From an uncultured delta proteobacterium (GTDB lineage Bacteria; Myxococcota; Myxococcia; SLRQ01), in assembly GCA_963727485.1 (NCBI GenBank), contig CAVSGM010000003.1:160001-224000 (forward strand): 64,000 bases of DNA, read 5' to 3'. The notes below the pieces were generated by a model. It had not been told where the DNA came from. It did not search any database and saw only the letters and a program-made list of their open reading frames with translations. This document shows positions 21,967 through 34,930 of the stretch, piece by piece (positions within the stretch are counted from its first letter, which is position 1; each line of letters begins with the position of its first letter). The translations under genes and the position numbers were made by a program.

Positions 21967-23031
21967 GCATCACCGAGCGGGGATGGAGATGAACCCCTCG
22001 TCCTTGTGGCGATCGGCGCCCGCAGTGGCGAGGGTCTACCGCGCACCCTCCCTCGGCGCCGCACTGGCAGTGGCGCCTGAGCCGGCGCTGAAGACCTTCG
22101 CTCGCGAGGAGGGGCTCGCGGCGCTCCTTGGGCGCCGGTGGGGCGTGTGGGGGAACGATGTCCAGGCGAGCGTGGCCAACGCGCTGGTGGCCGAGCAGGC
22201 AACCCGCCGGGCAATCTGTGCCCTGGAGGACGAAGGCATCCCGGTGGTGGTCCTCAAGGGTGTGGTGGCCGCGCGCCTCGGCTGGACGAACCGTTCCTGC
22301 GACCCCAGTCGGACATCGATCTGCTGGTGCTTCGTGCGGACGTGCGTCGCAGCATGGCGGTGCTCCACGACGGGGGCCTGACCACCACCGCTCCCCAGGA
22401 GCCCGACCCGTGGCTGCACCACCGGACCCTGCGGAGCCGTTCCGGTCCGCCCATCGAGCTGCACTATGCGCTCACCAACGACCTGGCGCTGACCCTGGAC
22501 ACGGCGTCGCTCCTCGAGGCCCGGGGGCACCTGGGAGAGGGGCCGTCGCGACTGCCCACCCTAGGGTTGGTGGAGACCTTCGTGTACCAGGTCCTCCACG
22601 CGGCGGTGCACCTCTGCGCGCGTCTGGCCTGGCTGGTGGACCTCGTCGGCCTGCTCGAGGCCGTTACCGCGGTTTGGGACCAAGTGCTGGCGACCGCCAA
22701 CGCCTGGGGTGCCACCCTGGCCCTGCAGACGACCCTCGGGGCTCTGGACACGCTGGTGGGTGCCGGGCACGTGCCGCCTGGCCGGTCCAGCGTACGACTC
22801 GGCGCCGGTCGGGTGGCGGCGCTGGAGGCCTACGTGCTGGCACGGCGCCGTCTGCCGGGGTGGCTGTCCTGGCAGGTCGACCGGGCCGCGCGGCTCGGGC
22901 TCTCCGACCGGCTCGCCGGGCTGCTGCTGGGATCTGCGAAGGCGCGAGGCAGCGCCTCGAGACGAGGCCAGGAGGCGCTGACCTGGGTTCGCGCCCGCGG
23001 CCAGGGCCCCCGCCAGGGCTGGCCAGGGTGA
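21963..23031 (+). CDS. Uncharacterised nucleotidyltransferase family protein; frameshifted
   Basis: GIPVVVLKG, RPQSDIDLLV, IELH, HAAVH...RLAWLVDL; start approximate. Confidence 0.75.
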
Positions 23032-23053
23032 GCAGGTCCCGAACGGAGCCCGA

Positions 23054-24400
23054 GTGACGGTCGCCGAGCACCGGCAGGGCCCTCCGGGGGGCCTCTCGAT
23101 CCGTTCGCAATTTCGTGTGGGTTGCCGCCGGAAACCTAATCTACGGCGGCACCCAGTGGGGCCTGCTGGTTGCGATCGCGCGTGCGTTGAGCCCGGCGGC
23201 GGTCGGCCGCTATGCCCTCGGCCTCGCGTTCACCGCACCGGTGTTTCTCTGCGGTCTTCAGCTGCGTGAGATCCTTGCGACCGACGCCAAGCGTGAGTAC
23301 CCGTTTGCGGTCTACGCCCACCTCCGCTGGACCTCGGTGCTCGCTTCGATAGTCCTCTCCTGGCTCCTGGTCCTCGCCCTCGGTTACGACCTCCAGATGC
23401 AGACCCTGGTGGTCCTCCTGGGGATCTCGAAGGCCGTGGGGTCGTTGAGCGAACTCCGGTATGGGCTCTTTCAGCTGCGGGAGCGCATGGGCCTCTCGTC
23501 CGCTCGCCGATACTTCGAGGCGTTCTCGACCTGGCCGCGGTGGTGGCCTCGGTGGTCGTGCTCCACAGCCTCGAGGTCGCCGTGGCCGGGCTGGCGGCCG
23601 CCTGGCTCATCGTCTACTTGGCCCATGACCTCCCCATCGCTCGCACTCTTCTCCATGCCGGCGAGGCTCCCGCCGCCGGCGCCGGTACGCGCCGTTCCAG
23701 GCTCTCGGACGCCCGGCCGCTTCTCCTGCGGGCGCTTCCCATGGGATTCGTGGTTCTGCTCATCTCGTTGAACGTGAGCGTCCCGCGGTACGCCATCGAG
23801 CACTGGTGGAATGCCCATGTGCTCGGTGTGTTCGCCGCCATGAACTACGTGTTCGTGGCGTTCGGGGGCGTGGTGATCGCGCTGGCCCAGGCTGTGACCC
23901 CGCGCTTGGCCCATATCATTCGGAGCGGCGACCTGCCGAGTTCCGCAGGCTCCTGCTCCAGTCGCTGGGGGTTGGGGTGGCGGCCGGCGTCGGCACGGTG
24001 CTCGGTGTCGCGCTCCTCGGCCGGCCGGTGCTCAAGCTGGTGTACGGACCGGCCTTCGCTGGCCACCTCGACGTGTTTCTGGTCCTGGCCGTCGCGGGCG
24101 GCCTCGGATACGCTCGCACCTTTCTCGGGCACGCGGTCACCGCGGCGCGCTGGTTCGCCATCCAGCCGCTGGTGGCCGTCTCCGGCCTCACCACCACCGT
24201 GGTTCTGGCGTGGCTGCTGGTCCCGCGCGGGGGCATGATGGGCGCCGCCCTGGCGGTGCTCGGAGGGTCTGTGGTGCAGACCATGGGCATGGGCAGTGTC
24301 GCCTCTGGGTATCTCGGGCGCTCTCCCGGGCATCGATCGCGCAGCCCCGCCCCGAGGCATCGTGACCACCTCGGGTCCGGCCAGCGTCCGGATGCGGAAG
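23054..24400 (+). CDS. wzx: Wzx oligosaccharide flippase; frameshifted, 3' end approximate
   Basis: WVAAGNLIYGGTQW, VGRYALGLAFTAPV, LR...ATDA, SLNVSVPRY, LGVFAA; many TM segments. Confidence 0.8.
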
Positions 24401-24405
24401 GAACG

Positions 24406-25300
24406 ATGAAACAGAGGATCAAGCAGCTCTACTTCGGCCTCAGCGGCGCCGTGAGGTGGTGCGGGTGTCAATCCCCGCCGAGCCCGAGGGCCAGGCACGG
24501 CCCATCTTCATCGTCGGGCTCTATCGCTCAGGCACCACCTTGCTCCGGTACATGCTCGACAGCCACCCGAACCTCGCCTGTCCCGCCGAGACAGACTTCC
24601 TGGCCACCCTGGCTCCGCTGGTCAATCAGGAGCTTTACCGGACTGGGCTCGAGGCCATGGGATTCGAAAGCGACCACGTCCGGCTGAGACTGCGGCGGTT
24701 CATCTCCTACTTTTACGAGAACTATGCCCAGGCTCGGGGGAAGCAGCGGTGGGTGGACAAGACACCCGCCTATGTCGACCACCTGCCGTTCATCCGGTCG
24801 GTGTTCCCGCAGGCCCAGATGTTGCTGCTCTATCGGCACCCCTTCGACCAGATCGAGTCGCACACCAGTGGTGGCGCCCGACTGCACTGGTCGTCGAGGG
24901 CTACCAGGAGCCCGGGGACACGGTCCGGATGGCGGCGGCGCGCTACTGGGCGAAGAAGGCGCAGAATATCCTGGACTTCGAGGCCCAGGACGCCGGGTGC
25001 CGTCGGCTGCGGGACGAAGACCTCACGGCGGATCCCGAGGCGACGCTGGGGCCCCTGCTGGAGTGGCTGGGCGAGCCCTGGGATCCGACGTCCTCGACTT
25101 TAGCCGGGTTCGACACTCGGCGGGCCGAGAAGACAACAAAATCAAGACGACGACCGGTATCGTGGCGAGCGTGGGTAACTGGAGCAGCTGGCCCGCGGAG
25201 GAAGTGGCCGCCGTGAGGGAGATGGTGGCGGGGCCGATGAGCGCCCTTGGCTACGACAGCGAGCTGGTCGCCGCTTCTCGCGGTGGCGCACGCCGAGGAC
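24406..25300 (+). CDS. PAPS-dependent sulfotransferase; frameshifted, 3' end approximate
   Basis: PIFIVGLYRSGTTLLRYMLDSHP (5'-PSB loop), WVDKTP, YRHPFD..ES, EDL..DP. Confidence 0.88.
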
Positions 25301-25329
25301 GAGGCCTCTGGACACGAAGAACACATCCC

Positions 25330-26810
25330 GATTCTCGTACTGGGCAACGCTCGTCGAGGTCTCGTATCCGGGCCGTGGCTCGTCGTTCTGCTCGCCTTCC
25401 CTGGCCCAGGGGGTCGGGGTGCGCCTGCTCACCGGATTCCTCACGGCATCCGGTCTCTGGTACCTCGTCGGATGGTACGTCCTCACCCGTGAGCTGCTGC
25501 GGCCCTACATTCTCTTCTGGGGATCGTCCTGGCCTTCAACGCGGGCCAGGCGGTGCTCTTCGTCCTGGGGGTCTCGCGCCATGGCTTTCTCTTTCACAGT
25601 TCTCCGAGGGTCTAACCCTTGAGACCCTGACGCTGGTGGACAATTCGCGGCCCTGCACCTCGGAGCGCTCCTGGCGTGGAGATGGAGAGGCGGCCGGTGG
25701 ACCGCGCCCCCAGGAATCGGATCGACTTCAGCCATATGCGCACCATCGGCTGGTTGCTGGTGGTGGTATCGGCGCCCTTCGCCGCGGCCGTGCTCTGGAG
25801 CCACGTTTCCGACGTGCTCTCGAGCCGGGTACTTCTCCATCTTCCGGGGCTCCTCGCCCACCGGCGTGCTGGCCGCCCGGTACGTGCTGGCGCCTCTGCT
25901 GCTCCCGGGGATCCTCCTGGTGGTGGCGGCCTCTCCCGAGCTCCCCCGACTCCGCCAGGTGCTCGCGGGGGTGACCCTCGCCTACGTGCTGGTGCTGTTG
26001 TTCATCGGCTCCCGGGGTGCCGCCGCCCGAGACGCTCTGGCCTTCGCCTGGGTCTGGCCGGCGACGGTGAAACGCCACTCCACGGCCATGATAGTCGCCG
26101 TGGGGAGGTCGTGTCCTGGTTCTCTTCCCCGTCATCGGGGTGATGCGCGATGCGCCAGGGCACGAGCGCCTCTCTGCGGACTACGTGGTCAACGTCCTCT
26201 CGGAGGTGAACGATCCGGCACAGCGCAGCCTCTCCGAATCGGTGGGACAATGCAGACGGTCGCTTGGACCTTGGAGCCGGTGCCCGAGGAGCGACCGTTC
26301 TCCTACGGCGTCGAGTATGCCTACGCCATGCTCGCCGTGGTGCCGAACCTGGGGTGGAGCATCCACCCCTCCGAGGTTCACGCCCGGCCCGAGCGGTGGC
26401 TGACCCGCGAGGTCGCGCCGACCATAGCCCGCAAGGGTGGGTCGATTGGCTACTCCTTCCTCGCCGAGGCCTATCTGAACTTCGGCCCCGTGGGCGCCTG
26501 CCTCGTGCTCTTCCTGCTCGGCGCGGCGGTGGTGCGTCTCGACCGCTGGGCCACCGGCGAGCCCGGCGCCCCGAGGGCCGCGCGGATGCGTGGCGGCCGC
26601 CTCGCTCTTTCCCTTCCTCCTGGTCTTCCCTCGAGCCGAGGCAACCACCGTGGTGCGCGGGCTGGCATGGTACAGCGTCGCCCCCTACCTGCTGATCCTG
26701 GTGTTCCAGCAGATGTCAGACGGCTGGCCCCGGGGGGGGCGAGGCAGGCAGCGAGGCGTCGAGCAGACGCCATTCGGGCCGGCTACCTCGGGCGGAGACG
26801 CGATCCCTGA
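25330..26810 (+). CDS. wzy: Wzy polysaccharide polymerase-like membrane protein; heavily frameshifted, ends approximate
   Basis: Multiple TM fragments, GSIGYSFLAEAYLNFG motif, position between wzx/sulfotransferase and the glycosyltransferases. Confidence 0.65.
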
Positions 26811-26871
26811 CGGCGGCGTCCGCCGCGAACCGCCGAACCTCCTTCATCCCTCCTCTCCGGCTCCAACTCAC

Positions 26872-27990
26872 GTGCGTGTCCTCCACATCCTCGGATCGCT
26901 CGACCACGGTGGCGCAGAGCGCTGGCTCCTCGACATGCTCCCGGCGCTAGCGCAGGCGGGGGTCCACTCGGACTTCCTCCTGCACACCCCGAACAAGGGC
27001 GCCTACGAGGACGAAGTGCGGCGCCTTGGCGCCCGGGTCCACCGGGTCACCGACTTCTCCCGGCCAGTGAGCTACGCACGCGCCCTGCGCCGGATCCTCT
27101 GCGCAGGTACGGGACCTACGACGCCGTCCACAGCCACGTACACTACTTCAGCGGCCTGCCGCTGATGGTCGCCGCGGAGGCCGGCGTTGCCGCCCGGGTG
27201 GCCCACTCGCACATCGACCGGCGCCGGGCCGAGTCGGGGGCCGCGCTCCGGCGATGCGCCTACCTGGTCGGCGCCAGGAGGCTGATCCGGTTGACGGCCA
27301 CCCGTGGCCTGGCGGCCAGCCGCCTCGCCGCAGACGACCTCTTCGGCCGGCACTGGGAAGGCGACCCGCGCTTCGGGATCAGCCACTGCTCGGTCGACGT
27401 GGCGCGGATGCGCCCGACCCGCCCGCCCGTCGAGCTGCGCCGCGCCCTCGGCCTGCCCGGCGAGGGCCGGGTGGCAATCGCAAGTGGGCAACTTCGCCGG
27501 CGCCAAGAACCAGGAGTTCACCCTCACCGTGGCTCGCGAGGCGAAGGCCAGCGGCCGGCCCTTCACCTTCCTCCTCGTGGGAGACGGTCCCCGGCGAGTG
27601 GAGATCGAGGCGGCGGCGAGCCGGGACGGACTGGACGACCGGGTCCGGTTCCTGGGGCTGCGGGACGATGTCCCCAATCTCCTCGTGGCATCGGACATCC
27701 TCCTCCTGCCCTCGCTCTTCGAGGGCCTGCCCATCATTGGCCTCGAGGCGCAGGCGTTGGGGTTGCCCATCCTCGCCTCGGACCAGGTCACCACCGAGCT
27801 GGCGGTGGGGCCCGGCTGGGTGACCCACCTGCCGCTGGCGTTGGGGCCGGCCATCTGGCTCGACCGGCTGGGCGAGCTGGCGCGGGAGAAGCGACCGCTG
27901 GACGAGGCCCGCGAGGTCTTCGAGCAGAGCGACTTCTCGGTGAGCGCTGGGGTTGGCCGCCTCCGCGAGGCCTACGGCCGCCCCACCTAG
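26872..27990 (+). CDS. Glycosyltransferase family 4; frameshifted
   Basis: VRVLHILGSLDHGGAE, KNQEF, LVGDG, FLGLRDDV, LPSLFEGLPIIGLEAQALG (Ex7E). Confidence 0.88.
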
Positions 27991-28039
27991 CGCGGGTCTC
28001 CGTCCGCGTAGTCCGGACGCATTCCACCAATAGGATCCC

Positions 28040-29243
28040 GTGAAGCTCACCATTGCATTGGAGGCCCGGTTCCAGAGGGCGCCCGATGGCTCCTACTGGT
28101 CCGACGGCCCCTTCGGCGTGGACTTCTGGTCGAGGTACCAGGCGGTGTTCGACGAGTTGGAGGTGGTGGCCCGGGCGCGCCCTGTCGACCGCGTCGCGGC
28201 CAACAGCGTCCGGAGCGACGGCCCCGGGATCGCGCTTCCTGCCCTTGTCCCACTACCTCGGACCCGCCGAGTTCCTCCGGGCGGCACCGGGGATCCAGAT
28301 GGAGATGCACGCCGTCGCCGCGCGGGCGCAGGCGGTGATCGCCCGGGTCCCGGGTCAGGTCGGGACCAGCTTGCTGTGGGCCCTGCGTCTGCGTCGCCAC
28401 CCGTATGGCGTCGAGGTCGTCGGGGATCCCCACGACGTGTTCGCGCCCGGCGCGGTCCGCCATCCCCTGCGGCGACTGTTCCGGTGGCAGGGCTCGCGTG
28501 CCCTGCGCCGACAGTGCGTCGAGTCCGCCTGCGCCTCCTACGTGACCGAGCGGACGCTGCAGGCGCGCTACCCAGCCGGAGCCCCGAGGCCAGCCACGCT
28601 TGCATCGACCTCGCCGACGACGTGATCGGATGTGGCGCCAGCGCCCAACGCGTCGCCGGCGACGAAGCCTTCCGCGTGGTCTATGTGGGGAGTCTCGAAC
28701 AGCTCTACAAAGCCCCGGACGTGCTGCTCCACGCGATCCACCGCTGCCGGCAGGCGGGTCTCCGGGCGCGGCTGACACTCGTGGGCGGGGGGAAGTACCG
28801 GCCGGAGCTCGAGCGTCTGGCTGGCCGCCTTGGCCTGGGGTCGGAGGTCCAGTTCCTCGGTCAGCTCAAGCCCGGTGACGCAGTGCGGGCGCAGCTCCTC
28901 GCGGCGGACCTCTTCGTGCTCCCGTCGAGGACCGAGGGGCTGCCCCGGGCGATGATCGAGGCGATGGCCTGCGGCCTGCCGTGCATCGGGTCCCGGGTGG
29001 GCGGCATCCCCGAGCTGCTCCCCCCGGAGATGTTGGTGCCGCCGGGCGATGCCGAGGCCCTCGCACGGCGAGATCCTGGAGCTGGCGGCCAACCCGGAGC
29101 GGCTGGCGGCGGAGGGGCGGCGGAACCTCGAGGCCGTGGAGCGCTTCCGCCCCGAACGCCTGCGGGTGGCCCGGGAGCGGTTCTACGACGACCTCAAGGG
29201 GAGAACCGCGGCCTGGGCGGCGGAGCGAGGGATGCGCTGGTGA
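28040..29243 (+). CDS. Glycosyltransferase family 4; frameshifted
   Basis: YGVEVVGDP, VGSLEQLYKAPD, LPSRTEGLPRAMIEAMACGLPCIGSRVGGIPE. Confidence 0.9.
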
Positions 29244-30381
29244 GGGTGCTGCACCTGCTGAAGACCTCCGTGGGGGCCACCTGGGCCCTGCGCCAGATTG
29301 ACGTGCTGGTGAAGCGCGGGGTCGAGGTCCACGTAGCACTGCCTTCCGGCGGCCCAATGGTCGGGCGCTACACGTCCCGGGGTGCGACGGAGCATCTGCT
29401 CCAGACGGCGCTGCCGGTGCGACGGCCCTGGGAGGCACCGTCGGTGCTCCGGGGGCTCGCGCGGCTCGTCGACGAGGTCAAGCCCGACATCATCCACAGC
29501 CACTTCGTGGCCACCACCCTGTCCATGCGCCTCGCCCCCTACCGGCGCCGGTCCACGCCTCGGATCTTCCAGGTGCCCGGGCCGTTGCACCTGGAGCACT
29601 GGCCCTTCAGGAAGGCCGAGGTCCTGGTCTGGCCGGGACTCCGGACTATTGGGTCGCCGCCTGCGAGTGGACCCGGCGCACCTATCTGTCGGAGGGCATC
29701 CCGGCAGACCGCGTCCTGCTCTCCTACTACGGCGCCGACAACGAGCAGTTCCTGAATCGTCGGCGCCGGGGCCTGCGGTCCGAGCTGGGGCTGGCCGGCG
29801 GGACGCCCGCCTGGTGGGCATGGTCGCCCACATCTACGGGCCGAAGCGCTACCTGTTGCAGCGCCGGGGACTCAAGGGGCATGAGGACCTCTTTGGCGCC
29901 ATCGCGCGACTGCAGGGGCGGTGGCCGGACCTCTACGCCCTGGTGGTCGGCGGCGCCTGGGCCGGGGCCGAAGACTACGAGCGCAACTTGCGACAGGAGG
30001 CGCGGCGCAGCTGCGGGGACCGGTATCCCTTCCTCGGTCCGCGCCGGGACGTGGCCGACCTCTACCCGGAGTTCGACGTGGCGGTGCACCCCTCGTTGAG
30101 CGAGAACGTCGGGGGGGCCGTCGAGTCCCTGGTGGCCGGGATTCCGACCATCGCCACCCGGGTCGGCGGCTTTCCCGACCTGGTGCGCGACGGCGAGACG
30201 GGCTGGCTGGTGCCGCCGCGGGACCCCTGAGCGCCTGGCCCGGGCCATCCAGGCGGCGCTCCGCGATCCGGAGGAGGCGGCGCGGAGGGCCCGGGCCGGT
30301 CGGGCGCTGGCGCTGCAAATGTTCGATGTCGAGGCGAACACGCAGACGATCCTCGAGCTGTATCGCCGACTCGTGGGGTAG
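29240..30381 (+). CDS. Glycosyltransferase family 4; frameshifted
   Basis: VRVLHLLKT, PDIIHSH, KGHEDL, HPSLSENVGGAVE, ATRVGGFPDLVRDGETG. Confidence 0.88.
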
Positions 30382-30397
30382 CCGGGAGACGGGTCGC

Positions 30398-31015
30398 ATG
30401 AAGCAGAGAGGCTGGAGACTTCGGGCAAAGCGGACCCTGGACGCCGCGACCGCAGCGGTGGGCCTGTCTGGCCACCGCGCCGGTGACCACCGGCGTCGCC
30501 CTGTCCATCTGGGCCACCATGGGGAGGCCCATCCTCTTTCGCCAGCAGCGGCCCGGCCGGGCCGGGAGGCCCTTCCACCTCCTCAAGTTCCGGACCATGT
30601 CCGCCGATGGAGACCAGGATGCCGGCGCACGACGAGGCCCGCCTCACGCCCCTGGGTCGAGTGCTCCGGGCCACCAGCCTCGACGAGCTGCCGGAGCTGT
30701 GGAATGTCCTCACGGGGAGCTGAGCCTGGTCGGGCCGCGGCCGTGCTCATGCGAGTAGCTCAAACGGTACTCCATCGAGCAGGCGCGACGGCACGAGCTG
30801 AAACCTGGGATTACGGGGTGGGCCCAGATAACGGTCGCGATGCCATCCCCTGGCCGAGAAGTTCGAGCTCGACGTCTGGTACGTCGACACCGGATCCTCT
30901 CGCTCGACTCGGATCCTGGTCAAGACCGTCTGGCAGGTGTTCGCGCGCGGGGCATCTCCAGAGCGGGGCAGACGATGCCGGAGTTTTTGGGGAGCCCGGG
31001 ACCCGGTGCGGGTAG
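30398..31015 (+). CDS. Monotopic phosphoglycosyl (priming) transferase, PglC/EpsL-like; frameshifted
   Basis: KRTLD, PILFRQQRPG, KFRTM, RLTPLGRVLRATSLDELPELWNV, KPGITGWAQ, DVWY. Confidence 0.85.
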   Translation: MKQRGWRLRAKRTLDAATAAVGLSGHRAGDHRRRPVHLGHHGEAHPLSPAAARPGREALPPPQVPDHVRRWRPGCRRTTRPASRPWVECSGPPASTSCRSCGMSSRGAEPGRAAAVLMRVAQTVLHRAGATARAETWDYGVGPDNGRDAIPWPRSSSSTSGTSTPDPLARLGSWSRPSGRCSRAGHLQSGADDAGVFGEPGTRCG

Positions 31016-31629
31016 TCGATAATCAAGGGACGGGAGGGGCACACGGCGTCGTGGCGACGGCAAGGTTGAGGCCTAGGAGGCGCACCCGCCGGTCGTGCGG
31101 CCTGGGATCCTGGATGACGGGACGAACCTCGGGGACCCGGTCCTGGGGACCCGGTCCTCGGGGGACTGGACGCCCTCGGCAGCCGACCCCCATGACGCGG
31201 TGGGTCTCGTGGTCGGTGATAACGCCCGCCTGGGCTTGATTTACGAAATGGTTCGCCGCCACTGGTGAGGTCGCTACCCTCGTCCACCCGGCGGCGGTCC
31301 GAGTCGGCCGAGCTCGGCCAGGAGGCATGGCTCTCGCTCAGGCGGTGGTCCATCCGGAAGCCGTGGTCGGCAGACGCGCAATCGTCAACACGGCGTCTAG
31401 CGTCGATCACCACGCTGGGGTTGGCGTCCTTCGCCCGTCGCCCCTGAGCGCCATGGCGTCGGCGGCACCGTGGGGGACGGTAGCGGAGCTCGGGCATCGG
31501 CGCATACCTCCTTCCCGGGTGCACGTCGGTGCTCACTCGATCGTCGGGGCCGGGGCGGCGGTGGTAAGGAACATCCCCGGGAACGTCGTCGCCGTCGGGG
31601 TGCCGGCGCGGGTGGTGCGCGAGCTTTGA
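31006..31629 (+). CDS. PglD/NeuD-like sugar acetyltransferase; heavily frameshifted
   Basis: VGDN..R, TLVHP, IVNTASSVDH, hexapeptide tail SIVGAGAAVVRNIPGNVVAVGVPARVV. Confidence 0.78.
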
Positions 31630-31694
31630 CCGGCCGGGCACGCCAGGAGGCCGCGCGAACCGCGAATGCGGGCGGAGCGAGGGAGCCTAGAGGT

Positions 31695-32945
<1,251 letters not shown>

Positions 32946-32949
<4 letters not shown>

Positions 32950-34894
32950 CGAAGACCACGCCAATAGCCAGTCCATGGGCCGGCCCCAACAGCCTCTGGC
33001 GGTACCTCAACAGTGCTTCCCGCGTTGCCATCGATTTCCTCGTGCTGTCGGTCGCGTTCTGGCTCGCGTTCCTCTTTCGATTTGGGCTTCGGCTCGACCT
33101 CGACCAGGTCAAGCTCCTGTTCTTCACTTTGCCCTACGTCGTGATTCTGGAGTACGTGGTCCTGGTGGCTCTTCGGGGTGCCGCGCTTCTCCTGGCGCTA
33201 CGTCGGGCTCCGCGAGGTCGACCCGATCGCCGCTGGCGACTGCGACCTCCACTGCCGTGCTTGGTGGCCTTCGCGCCCTGCCTCGGGCCACTCGGCAGCC
33301 TCCGCGCACGTTCGTGGTGCGTCCCCCTCGGGGTCCTCGCGTGAACTTCTTCCTGGCGCTTCCTGGGCATCGTCGGGGTGGCGATGCTCCGGCGGATCCC
33401 CGGCGAGCGGGCGCTGCGCGCCAACGCGGGGCCACGGGGACGCGTCAGGAAGTCGCCGACGATCCTCGTCGGTGCCGGCGAGGCGGGCGTACATGGTGGC
33501 CAAGGAGCTGGCATGACCGCCCCGACCTGGGCATTCGGCCGTGGGCTTCCTCGACGACGACACCCTCAAGGTTGGCACCGTTGTGCACGGCCTGCCGGTG
33601 CTCGGCACCACCGCGGAGCCTCCCGAAGATTGCGAGAGCACGACGCGGCCAGCAGGCCCTGATCACCATGGCGAGCGCTCCCGGCGCGGCCATCCGCCGC
33701 ATCACCGACACCTTGCCGGCGGGCGCGGGCTCCCCACGAAGATCATCCCCGGGCTCTACGAGATCGTGGGCGGCCGGGTCAATCTCGCCCGAATCCGCGA
33801 GTGGCCATCGAGGACCTGCTGGGCCGCGAGCCGGTGGAGCTCGACGAGACGGCCGATCGCCGGGAGGTCCGAGGGCAAGGTGGTCCTGGTCACCGGGGCC
33901 GGCGGCAGCATCGGCTCCGAGCTGTGCCGGCAGGTCTGCCGCGTTCGGGCCCGCCGGTCCTGCTGGTGGAGCACGCCGAGAACACCCTCTTCCACATCCA
34001 CCGCGAGCTGGTGGACGGCTACCCCGACTCACGATCGTCCCTGCATCGCCGACATCACCGACAGCAGCGGATGAGGCGATCTTCGAGGCCCAGCGGCCCT
34101 GAGGTGGTCTTCCACGCCGCCGCCCACAAGCACGTGCCGATGATGGAGTGGAACCCGGGCGAGGCGATCAAGAACAACGTCTTCGGCACCGGCGCCTGGC
34201 CGAGCTGGCGCACAGCGCGGGGTGCGGGAGCTTCGTGATGATCTCCACCGACAAGGCGGTGAACCCCACAGCGTCATGGGCGCGACCAAGCGGGCGGCCG
34301 AGATGTACATGCAGGCGCTCGCCCAGCGCAGCCAGACCCGGTTCGTGACCGTGCGCTTCGGCAACGTGCTCGGGCTCGGCGGGCAGCGTGATCCCGATCT
34401 TCAAGGAGCAGATTGCCAGGGGCGGGCCGGTCACCGTCACCCACCCGGAGATGCCGCGCTACTTCATGACCATCCCCGAGGCCTGCCAGCTCGTGCTGCA
34501 GGCCGGCCGCATGGGGCGACGGCGGGGAGATTTCATCCTCGACATGGGCGAGCCGGTGAAGATCGTCGATCTGGCGAAGGACCTCATCCGGCTCTCCGGG
34601 TTCGAGCCCGAGAAAGATATCGAAATTGCCTTCAGCGGTATCCGGCCGGGCGAGAAGCTCTTCGAGGAGCTCTCCGTCAACGGCGAGAACGCCGACAAGA
34701 CGGTGCACCCCAAGATTTTCGTCGGCCGGCTAGGGGCACATGCCCTGCCGGTCGTCGAGGCCGGCCTGCGACGGCTGCGCGAGGCGGCCGAGCTGGGCGA
34801 CCCGTCGAAGGTACGATTGGCGCTTGGGGACCTGGTTCAGGAGTACGCTGGCGCTGGCGCGCCCCCCCGCGTCGCCTCGACGGGAAATGAGTAG
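32946..34894 (+). CDS. Membrane-bound UDP-GlcNAc 4,6-dehydratase, PglF/CapD-like; frameshifted
   Basis: N-terminal TMs, [74 protein letters not shown]. Confidence 0.9.
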
Positions 34895-34930
34895 CCAGCG
34901 GCATCGGCCGCGGAAACGTAGGAAACGAAG

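Noticed and set aside
11580..23031. Lasso-peptide cluster suggested by asnB-like plus nucleotidyltransferase genes
   Set aside because: AsnB keeps its N-terminal Cys glutaminase domain, and I found no precursor, B1/RRE or B2 protease. The context is polysaccharide.
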